Assembly (NCBI GenBank): GCA_964016885.1
Contig: OZ024740.1
Location: 296,608,001 to 296,672,000, forward strand
Reading direction: 5' to 3'
Source: Eledone cirrhosa
Taxonomy: Eukaryota
Length of the DNA: 64,000 nucleotides
Of this stretch, positions 50,238-60,933 are shown in pieces. The position numbers and the translations under genes were made by a program. Each line of letters begins with the position of its first letter. The first letter of the stretch is position 1. Under the pieces are notes generated by a model. That model saw only the letters and a program-made list of their open reading frames with translations, was not told where the DNA came from and ran no database searches.

Positions 50238-51112
50238 CTGAAATTATAAAAAAAATATTTTGAAGGTTAATTTCATTTCAATGTAACAGAAAATTTTCAA
50301 AATATTTAGTCAATATTATCGTCTATTAGTTATTTTAGATTTACAGTACAACGTATTACATTTCCTAAAAATATTTATATCATTGAAATGTTGAAACAAT
50401 TTCTGAACTTAGATCATATAATATTCTAAAAGGTTGAAAGGATTCTTCAGTTGTATCAAATATATGACACATTCCCTAGTGATGTGATTTACATGATAAA
50501 TGCACTCAGTATACTTTATAAAGTGATATGAAGTGTACCCAACCATCACAAGCATGCCAAATTGTCAGCTGGCAAAATGGTATATTGCAGGTGTGAATTC
50601 AAATCCCACAGACGGCGCTGTACTCGTTTTTCCCCTCTCCAATGTTTATATACCCAATTTTTTAGTTTATTTTTCATAGTAAAAAAAAACGTTGACATTT
50701 CTAAATTTCCTATCACTCAACGGTTCTAAAACTAGATTGTTTACACTCCATGTGATAGTAAAATTTGTCAGCTGGTGCTTTAGTGTAAAGGTTAGCACAG
50801 AGAAACAATATGTTACAGGCATGGGTTCGAATTCCATGGATAAAATCTTTTCTGTCTTCAGTATTTGTATGCATAGTAAAAAAACGTTGGTGCTTTTAAA
50901 ACGTGCACAAAAAAAATATGTCTTCAAATGGTCTTATATATATATATGTGTGTGTCTTTTAATGGTATCTTATAAACTCATATGGGCACATGAAAAAAGT
51001 TACTAAATCTTGTATTCAGAAGGTACAGAAAAATCTGGGCCTTAAAACCTTGGGTAGTACCTTTGTTCCATGTATGAACATAAATATATAATGTGTAGGC
51101 ACGTGGCTGGTG

Positions 51113-51340
51113 TAGGCATGTGGCTGAGAGGTTAGAGAATTGGATTGGCAATTGTGAGGTTGAAATTTCAATTCTTGGACCGGGTGATGTGTTATGTCCT
51201 TGAGCAAGACACTTTACTTCACATTGCTCCTTCTGCCTGGATTTGCGACCGACAGATAGTATTAGCAATTGGAAAGACCAATGGAAACATTGCTTCCTTG
51301 GTCCAATTTGACGAGCTCGACCCCACTTGTTAAGCAAATG
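51113..51340 (+). mobile_element. SINE, same family as 39284
   Basis: Degenerate tRNA head followed by gtgttatgtccttgagcaagacactttacttcacattgctcc. Confidence 0.7.
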
Positions 51341-51577
51341 AGGTATGGGATCTTGTTGATCGACTGTCGATATATATAAAATGTATTGAAGACATGTGGG
51401 TTTTTTTTTGTTTTAGACATATTTGAACAAGTAATATATGAAGTAAAAATTAGAACGATAAGAAATTCACATACGCTTCATTATTGAGATATGTCTATAT
51501 ATTAATTTGATTATTACTAATAGTACATTCAAGGGATTTACCATTTACACTCAATGTCACTTAATCCTGTATCATCA

Positions 51578-51910
<333 letters not shown>

Positions 51911-53158
51911 TCAAATATTGGTCATTCACAAAGAAAAACAGGGAATATCTCTAGCTATTTTGTTTATTACTCAGCAATGGATTTGAGGATTTGAGTAAAC
52001 ATATTTAATCCTCTATCAGACTGCCCCCCCCCCCCACACACACACAGAAAGAAAGAAAGGGTGATTTATATCAGAAACATTCATACAAATCAGGGCTACT
52101 AAAGCTGATTTTTTCCTCCTCTGATCTGGAATTTGTTCCTATATTTTGAAACTTGACTACAATTTATATTTCTTTTTCATACCACAAATGTGCAAAACCT
52201 TGAAAATAACTCATCCAAATATAAATTTATAGGGGGAATACTGAACAATCAATTTGAATAGAGTCTTGGTCAAGGGTAATTTTAATAATTAAAACTGAAA
52301 GGATTTGAGGGAAAATAACTAAAAATGACCAGTAGTATGAATTTGGTCAATTCAGTTAAGGGAGAGTATATATGATAAATTCTTGATTTACTGAAACTAT
52401 ACACTCAGAGAAGGGAAACAAAATCAGCAGTTATTGTAAGCAGCAGTGAAGAAGTAGTGGTAATATCATTCTATCTCTCTGATTCAGGCCAGAACTCAGA
52501 ATTGTTGGAACCTTATAGACCTTGGACCTATTGCTGGGCCTTCTTAATTCTTAAAAGAATGTAAATGCAGATAATATCTTTATAAACGTGATAGAAGTGG
52601 CTCTGGTATACTAAATTTATACTATGATGTTTTCATAATCTCAGTTTTTCTTTATATGTGTCATAGACACATATATTACAAACTAATTAGAGAGCCTCTG
52701 TTCAGTTGCTCTATCTGCCTAGAATATCTTCCAGCTTGTCATCAAATCATACACAACTGTCTTAAAGAGGAAAAGATACATTTGATATAATGACAGAAAA
52801 ATAAAGACAATGTTGTTGGTCCCAAGTCTAGTTGATCAATGCTGTCTTGGGGTATAAACAACCACAGCAGCAATGTATATATGGTAAAAGTTCATACTTA
52901 AGTTGTTCTTGCTTAGCTACCATGACCAAACAAATCTATAATCAAAGGTATTTTAGTCTTGAACATTTCATTTCTTTTCTGTATATTTAAGACAATATTG
53001 TTCAATGTCTTAATATTGTTTCTATTTTAAAGACAGTGGGGTGTTATATAAGGTATACTTAGCTGCTATATCTAGCATGTCAAATGATCTTATATAAGAT
53101 CTTCCATCTATTTAATTCATTGTACTTATCTGTTTGTAGTTATTAGTTATACACTCAC

Positions 53159-53225
53159 CCATTTTGAAATCCTCAGCAGCTACTCGTCCAATCAGAGGCA
53201 CTGATGGAGAAATACGCTGAACCTC
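53159..53225 (-). CDS. CYP4-clan P450 exon (67 bp) with ExxR motif
   Basis: tttcag acceptor, gtgagt donor; EVQRISPSVPLIGRVAAEDFKM(G). Confidence 0.95.
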
Positions 53226-53554
53226 CTGAAAATAGAACATTTGATTGATTACTATTCTCACCATAATATTGATATTGAATTATTTCAGTTTCTCAATTGA
53301 CTTTTAAAGATTTTGTTTAAAGACTTTTAATAATACTTATTGAATAAAATCAAAGGAAATTAAAAAAATAACAACCACCATCATCATCATCATTATCATC
53401 ATCATCATCATCATTAGTAGAGTTTTTCCTCTTCTTTTTAGATTGTTTCCATTTCTTGCCGAGTGATTTCCCTGACACCTAGGGCAGAGTAACTGCATAC
53501 ATTGATAAACCACAAAATAAGCACACCAGATTGTTTACATCACACACTTTACAC

Positions 53555-56390
53555 ATCATAATCACCATTTTTAAGTCCATTTTTCCATGCTTGCATGGAT
53601 TGGATGGGTTCATCTCAGCACAGCATCTCTCCACTCACTCCGTTCCTTCGCCATCTCCTTTGTGAGTCTCAGAAATTTAAGGTCAGCTCTCACAACCTCT
53701 GCCCAGGATTTTCTTGGTTTACCTCTACTGCAGCTTCCCTACACTGGGATTTCCTGGCACTTCTTCACCAAACAATCATCATCCACATCTCATCTCCATA
53801 TCAACACATTCTTCTCTCTTGCACACCACTTCAGATTCCTCTTAAACCCAGTTTCTCATTCAGATCATCCAAACATTGATTTTCTCTCACATTTACATTC
53901 CATATCCAAGGAAGCGTGGTTGCTTAATTTCTCTCCAGTCTACACATCATGTCCTTTGCAGTTACAGCCCACATTTCACTACCATCCAGCATCCCACTTC
54001 ACACACAGACATCATACAGTTGTTTTTTTTTGTATGTAGGGAAAAGCCTTTTGTTATCAACTGTGAGAATAGCTTTCTAAACTTATTCCATCCTCTCCTT
54101 ATTCTAGCTATTATGCTCAAGGCCGGATTTAATTGGGGGCAAAGGGGTTAATTGTCTTAGTGGGGGTTCTCCACCAGTGACGGCTGTTGCAATTTATTTG
54201 TACCCTCAGCTGGGCTTTTTAGTTTTAGGATGGTTAAATGTTTTGAATTTAATACCTGTATGTATAACTTTTCAATTCCAATTAATTGTGCCAAGCTAAC
54301 TTTGATATGTAAAATGGGAGGGAGGGTTGCTGAGTATTCTAAATTTTTGTGTATGAGTCCCCCCAAGGTCTGAAACCAACCCTGCTTATGATGTCAGAGC
54401 ACCTTCCTCTGCTGATAATTAAGTCACCTAGATAGCAGAAGCTATAAACCACTTCTATAGATCCTTCCTGTGATTGAAAAGGGTTTATATCCTTGATGCA
54501 CTTCCCTTCAATTACTCCTGGGTATCCTCAACATACAAAGTGTTCCCTTCCTATTAGTCAACCTGTTATCCCACTGCATCTTTTGTGTACCAAGGATTTA
54601 CATTTGTATACATCATATAGAGCTTATGCATACTCTTTTTCTATATATTGAGCAGGGCCACTTACAAGCATTTTAGTTTTGACTAAGTTTACTCTCAGAC
54701 ATTTTTTGATTCCAAATTCTGTTTCCATAGATGGAACTTATTCTCTAGTTCTTTTATGGATTTAAGTATAAGGACCAGGTCATCCATGTAAAGAAGCTCC
54801 CAAGGGCAGCCAGTTTTAAACTCCTCTGTTATGGCCTGGAGAAATATGATGAATAGTAGTGGGCTAACAACTGAATCCTGATGATCTCCAACTAAATTCC
54901 TCACTAAACTCACATCCTATTCTCTCTTTGTACATAGCTTGCGCTGCTCTCACAACCCATTCTTCTACACCTATTTCTTTAAGGACAACCAGATAATAAA
55001 TCGAGGTATTCTGTCAAAGGCATTTCTACATCAACTAATGGTAACTATAGTAACTTATTCTTGGTTAGAAACTTCTCTCTTGTTGTCTCACTAATAAGAG
55101 GGCATCAATAGGCATGAAACCAAACTGCATCTCATCTAATCTGACTCTTTCCCTAATTAGTTGTGCTATAACTCTTCCCATCACTTTCATAACTTGGTCT
55201 ATTAGTTTTATTCCTCTGTATTAGCTCCTTTCTAGAGCATCACCTTCACTCTTGTAGCAGTTTATAATTGTACTGCTGCACCAGTCATTGGGTTTGACGC
55301 CAATCTGTATTACCTGATTGATTATACTAGTTCAACTCCTACTTCTCCCAATGCTACTATCTCTGACAGTCCTGCATTTTTACCTTTCTTCATCTCCTTA
55401 ATTGCTTCTTCAGCTTCTCTCTGAGTTGTATATACCTGTTGTCTAGCTTCTCTCTTAGCTATCTGGGACTCGTCTCTGCTACTACTATTTCTCCAGTCTT
55501 TTCACACCTGTCTCTTGGCTTAAATGGCTCTATCCACAGTGCTGTTCCACCACCTGGTTACCCTGTGTCTAGCTGGTACTTTGCTCTAATCACATGTCTC
55601 ATCAGTAGTTCACAAAATGTTGTCATGCAAGAATTTCCAACTGTCCTCTCTATTATATGTATCTAGCTCATCACCCCTCTCATCAAATGCAACCCATAAG
55701 GACCTTTCTAAACCTATCTGTAACTGAAAGGTCCTTTAGCTTCCAAACCCCTGTTACCATGTTTTCCTGTGTTTCGTGTTCTGACTTGTATTTAGTCTGA
55801 TGTCACTAATAACTAGCTTGTGTTTGGCATCATATTCTTCCCCAGGTAAGGCCTTAGAATTTATTACAGTCCATTACAAGCAAGAAATCAATCTGGCTTG
55901 TGTATTACCCTGATTGCTATATGATTGGATGGCTAGCCAGTTTCTGGAAATTTGTGTTGCAGATGTTTAGTTCATTTGCCTCACAGAATTCCAGGTGCCT
56001 TATTCTTTCTTCATGTCTTGAGTCATAGCCATAGCCACCATGATCTTTACAGAAAATGTCCTGATACTGCTCCACATGTCCATTGAAGTCAGCTGCCATG
56101 ATGATGAAGTTTGTTTCATCAATAGTTGAGGTTGTCAGTAAAAGTTCCTCATAGAACCTGCCCTTTGTTCTTTACTATGCCTGTGGTGCACAAGTAGATG
56201 TAATTGTTACTATTCTATTTCCTTCAGCTATTCTAAGTTTGATAATTCTGTCACTTACTCTAACTACCTCTAACACCTTATCGATCTATTTCTCAGCAAG
56301 AAGAATGCCTACACCACCTACCCCAATGTTATTTCCTACCCAGCAGATTGTATCTCCATGCTGTTTGCCTGTGAGTAGACCCGCTGAGTT
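53555..56390 (-). mobile_element. Old, heavily degraded RTE LINE spanning endonuclease to 3' tail, intronic
   Basis: Fragments MAADFNGHV, LEFCEANELNICNTNF, SPLLFIIFLQAITEEFKTGCPWELLYMDD and tail gcatggaaaaatggacttaaaa, collinear with the 61-64 kb element. Confidence 0.88.
54118..54384. mobile_element. hAT-type MITE nested in the RTE relic
   Basis: Imperfect TIRs caaggccggattta / tgaaaccaaccctg. 8-bp flanks attatgct / cttatgat (6 of 8 match). RTE sequence resumes across the insertion. Confidence 0.6.
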
Positions 56391-56554
56391 ACAAGTATAT
56401 CATTTGTTTATACATGTGCACATTATCTGTTTAAAATCATATTTACAACAGAATGATAATCATTAATATAAGAATGCTCAATTATTTACAATTTTCATAA
56501 TTATGGCATATAATCAAATAACATTATGTAAAAAAATTACATAGATTATTATCT

Positions 56555-56745
56555 TTCTCACAGTGATAGTGCTCGTCTCACTAAATATGCCATACCTGAT
56601 AAAACAATTTTTTGCACTTCTTGCAGTGATGGTAAGCCAGGGGGTCATTCTAAAACAATTTTCTGTTACTTTTCTGATCATTTTTAGTGCTCCTGCAATT
56701 ACTGGTATCGTAACCACCTTCAGATGCCACATTTTTTTTAATTTA
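56555..56745 (-). mobile_element. Dong/R4-type non-LTR retrotransposon C-terminal relic
   Basis: MWHLKVVTIPVIAGALKMI resembles the PVIxGALG motif downstream of the restriction-like endonuclease. Confidence 0.6.
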
Positions 56746-56764
56746 ACATAGTTCTCAAACCCAT

Positions 56765-57612
56765 GAGGGGTTTATGGCTGTCCATAGAAACTTCCCTATA
56801 CTGATGACCTGGCTCTTATAGCTCAATATGAGGAAGAGCTTCAGAAAAGTTCCTGTTGTAGAAAACTAGAATCAAAATGACTCAAAATAAACTTAAAGAC
56901 CAAAGTTTTAGTAAGTAGGAAAGAAGACAGGACTCTGGTTCCAACAGGGAAGTGGCCATACTGAATATGTAGACAAGGAGTATATCGGAACTCTATACAA
57001 TGTACACAATATAAAACTTTGGTATAAAATTGTGTAGAGGGATTGTAGGAAACTTAATAAAATATGTAGGATATATATGTGGCAGATGTACAGGAACAGT
57101 TTGTAGTAAGGGTCATGGGAAATATATATTTTCCCATCTCAGGAAGGTACCATATAAGTAATTGTTAGTTTCTATTAATTGAGAGATTTATTTAGCAGTA
57201 GAGGGAGTTTCTCTAAGAGCATATTAGCTAAAATAAGAAGAGGCTAGAACAAGTTCATGGAGATATACTTCTGTTTATAATAAAGGTCTTTTCTCTACAA
57301 GTTAAGGGTAGATTATATAATGCCTGCATGAGAAGTGTAATGCTGTATGGGTGGTAATTGTAGAAGACATAGGGAGACTAGAGAGAAATGAAGCAAGCAT
57401 GCTCCATTTGTTGTGCAATGTTAGTTTGCATGAACAACAGAGCATGGATGAAATAAGAACAAGGCTGGGTTATAAGAGTAATAAGATGTAGTGTGCTGGT
57501 TTGGTCATGTGATACATAAGGATTAGGGACACTAGGTGAAGATGTACCAGGTGATGTCAGTGGAAGGACTGAGAAAGACCTAGGCAAAGATAGAGCAGAT
57601 CTCAAAAGGCTG
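56765..57612 (+). mobile_element. Degraded RTE LINE fragment (RT C-half), intronic
   Basis: ggctgtccatagaaactt...tatactgatgacctg (YxDD), gggaagtggcca (GKWP) and gagagaaatgaagcaagcatgctcc match the family. Confidence 0.85.
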
Positions 57613-57665
57613 AGTTTTATTCCTAGTTTTAAGCTATTATGATCATCCTTAGAATTTCTAGTTAC

Positions 57666-57730
57666 CTTGATAACACAATCTAGATAGACCAATTTCTTAA
57701 GTTGTTGCTGTATGTGTTCTTCAGTTGCAT
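57666..57730 (-). CDS. CYP4-clan P450 exon (65 bp)
   Basis: tcacag acceptor, gtaact donor; (D)ATEEHIQQQLKKLVYLDCVIK; joins in frame to EVQR. Confidence 0.93.
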
Positions 57731-58689
57731 CTGTGATAAAATAATAGAACAATCATATATTCTCAAACAATGGATAATTTACAAGAACATAATATCTAAT
57801 ATTTAGATATGATGTTTCAAATGTTTTAGTGATTAGAGTATGATCCCTAACGGGATCATTATCAAATCACTAAAACATTTGAAAAAACCCCTTGCCTTCA
57901 AGGGGTTTTGTCAATTAGATCGATCTCAGTACTTTGTCTGGTACATATTTTATCAACATATTGAGGGAATATAGGAAAAGAAAGTAACTTCCATAGAACA
58001 GACTACTGCAAGATTGTCAATCCTAAAATATATAATAAAATTACTTGAATAACCCAAACATCTTAAAGGAGAGCCTAATACAAAGACAAGATGGTCATTT
58101 ATGTAACACTTGTGAATACAGGACTGCTTTATCAAAGCTGGCTTGGAACTAAACAACAATGAGAAGAGTTTCTTTTTATAGATTTTATGTCTAAAGCAAG
58201 CAAGGATGTCTTTGTTTGATCTACTACAAATAGCAACAACATCTTCAAATCACATGTTACTGACTTAAAACCTGGACATATTGCATAGTTTTAGATTCTC
58301 TATATTTAAACATAAAATTGGGCCAGTCATGATTGAAATACTTGTTGATGATTGTTCCAGTCAACATATGCTTAACTAATTTGCTAATCCAGCCTTGGTA
58401 AGCTATGCATGTAGGGAAAATTTACATTCAGCTTCCAGTAACTGAATTTCTGTCTGTAAATTCTATCTAAGTCAATCATATAGATCACAAATATGTGGTT
58501 TGTGTAGCTGACCACTTTAAATAGTGGACAAACTAAGCTATCCCTTTCTACTGGCCTACAGAATACCCTGTTTAAATATATATTATCTGGCTGGCCTGAT
58601 GAGTTTTGTACATGGCCTCATTAGCACATTGAGGAAATCAAGTCAATACTTACCTGAGAGTTGGAAACATTTAAGTAGCCTTGTAAGGC

Positions 58690-59055
58690 TTTTGTACACT
58701 CCAGTGTATATACAAGATAGTGTTCTAATCCCTCAATAACACTAAGAAGTCTCAAGAAATCTAAACACACTGCCCTTTTGGGGGCATAGACAGCTACTAT
58801 ACAAAAGGCATTGCCTTCACTGGTGGTCATATCCAGAATCAGTGACTTACCTTCTGTGTCCAGGAAGATGGTCTGTATTGCAAGATCCAGACATTTCAAA
58901 ACTAACACAGTGATTCTACTTGGAGATGTGCACAACTCATAGCCATCATTGATTGACACAGATTCTGGCTTCACTCATTGACACCACAATTATAGTTAGT
59001 GACCTAAGGTCATTGAACAAGTGACCTTGCTTCTAAGGAAACCCCAGGCCATATT
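58690..59055 (-). mobile_element. Tx1 LINE endonuclease relic, related to the 40303 element
   Basis: LDTEGKSLILDMTTSEGNAFCIVAVYAP aligns with LDPEGRLVVLDVNSIGGGAFRLVAVYAP; shared gaccttaggtcac. Confidence 0.8.
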
Positions 59056-59211
59056 TCTTTCTCTTTCGCTATTCTGAATAAAGCCATGTTGGATAAATAG
59101 TAAAAAAGTGAAATAATTAGTACCATGTGATTGTACACATTTCTTCCTGTAAATAATGTACTGTTATGGTACCTACTATGTAGATAGCTGAAAGCAACTA
59201 CTTATTGTCTC

Positions 59212-59407
59212 TTGTACCATATCCTAGGTAATGACCTAGTAAGTCAGTATATTGTACTAGGTCCTAGTTAATGACCCAGTAAGCCAGTATAATATACCAG
59301 GTCCTAGGTAATCACCCAGTTAGTATATTGTACCAGATCCTAGTTAATGACCCAGTAAGTCAGTATATTGTACCAGGTCCTAGTTAATGACCCAGTAAAT
59401 CAGTATA
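59212..59407. repeat. 40-bp tandem repeat, 5 copies (one 36 bp)
   Basis: Unit ttgtaccaggtcctagttaatgacccagtaagtcagtata. Confidence 0.92.
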
Positions 59408-59453
59408 AAATCAACAAATCAAGAGACAACAACAAAGATAAGTTAGAACTCAC

Positions 59454-59556
59454 CATAACAATCATCAATTTCTTTATGTAGTTTCTTTTGTACATTAGGA
59501 TAAGCTGCTATGAAATAGAGAGTCCAAATAATTCCCACTGCTGTTGTATCATGACC
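59454..59556 (-). CDS. CYP4-clan P450 exon (103 bp), I-helix GHDTT
   Basis: tactag acceptor, gtgagt donor; GHDTTAVGIIWTLYFIAAYPNVQKKLHKEIDDCY. No upstream exon found within the window. Confidence 0.95.
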
Positions 59557-59574
59557 CTAGTAAAACAATATAAG

Positions 59575-59671
59575 TCTTTTGTACATTAGGATAAGCTGCT
59601 ATGAAATACAATGTCCAAATAATTCCCACTGCTGTTGTGTCATGACCCTAGTAAAATAATATAAGTCTTTT
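59575..59671 (-). other. Tandem partial duplicate (91-bp period) of the GHDTT exon including its acceptor
   Basis: Repeats 59484-59580 with 5 substitutions; TCTTTT microhomology at the breakpoints. Confidence 0.93.
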
Positions 59672-60465
59672 ATTTTACTGGACATTGGACAATTAGATAA
59701 GTTTAAATATATAATGAGGTTGCAATGGATTAAAGGGTAAATAGAATTCAGTAGAAATTGAAGTTAGAATACAGAATTGTGAGATGTGAGCTAATACAAC
59801 ATCAAGCCTGGCTGGGTAATTTCACAATAAAAAATACAATAGATTTATATATAAATATATTTCAGCACAATAAATATTTGAATTATCAAATGTAGACAGT
59901 ACAATACAACAGATATTAGACATGTTGAATGTAGATAGTGTGGTATTGATCAGTTGTTTTTTAGGTTGAAAAGCCTAAATTTAGGAAGATAGGAAGATTA
60001 TATTACCAGAGATGTGGCCTTGTTTGATATCTTAAAAAAGGTAGGATAGACATTTTATAAGATGTACACAGTGTAATCTATACACAAGAGACTTAGTTGG
60101 ATTACAGGCATGTTAAAGAAGATAGAAATTGTATATGGTAGATGCACAGTAGATAGACTTTGTATATCGTAGAGCACATATAAAATAGATTGCTTCAATT
60201 GCCTAATAGACACCAAAAATGTGTTGACAATTGTTTTAACTTAGGTGACCTAATCAACGATGGGGGAGGATACTATGAAATTGTGATAGTGAGAATAAGA
60301 ATGGGCTAGAAGTTTAGGGAGCTAGTATTTCTGTTGCAACAAATCATACAAACAAACACACACATATATATATATCTTATTTCCCATATATATATATACA
60401 TATATATTATAATATGTAACCCATGTGTTTTCCTCTTTCTTCCCATGTTTTTTATATATATATAT

Positions 60466-60933
60466 TACGAAAATGTAATGTATTATAGAACATTTTCTTC
60501 TTGTCTCCTTAAAACCTCGTTCATTCATCCATATATATCTACAATCGTTGCTATCCTTGCCCTAAATTAATCTTCTCCACGCTTGTTCTAAATAATCTCT
60601 CTCATTGCTAAAAAATTTTCCAGGATTCATAAAAATAGATTCTCTCTCGCCCACCAAAATCGCTATTACTCCCACTCTTTCTAACATATACGTCCCTCTC
60701 GATCTCTCACTCCCTAATATAAATAAGAATGTTACGAGGGACAAAACCTCAGAATTTGTCAACTCTTATTAAATGGTCAGTCGATTCTACGAAAATGTAA
60801 TGTATTATAGAACATTTTCTTCTTGTCTCCTTAAAACCTCGTTCATTCATCCATATATATCTACAATCGTTGCTATCCTTGCCCTAAATTAATCTTCTCC
60901 ACGCTTGTTCTAAATAATCTCTCTCATTGCTAA
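60466..60933. repeat. 146-bp direct repeat pair (60466-60611 and 60788-60933) with a 176-bp spacer
   Basis: Both copies run tacgaaaatgtaatg...ctctcattgctaa and look identical by eye. Confidence 0.93.

Noticed and set aside
50560-50840. tRNA-like B-box motifs (gaattcaaatccc, gggttcgaattcc)
   Set aside because: No cloverleaf can be folded; probably decayed SINE heads.
56802-56830. CTGATGA motif
   Set aside because: Part of the RT YxDD codons of an RTE relic, not a ribozyme.
57378-57752. 124-aa ORF as a standalone gene
   Set aside because: Only 57666-57730 is a CYP exon; the rest is intron and antisense LINE.
59229-59243. Similarity of the 40-bp repeat (atgacctagtaa) to the exon acceptor region (atgaccctagtaa)
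   Set aside because: Only about 12 bp and no extension; probably coincidence.
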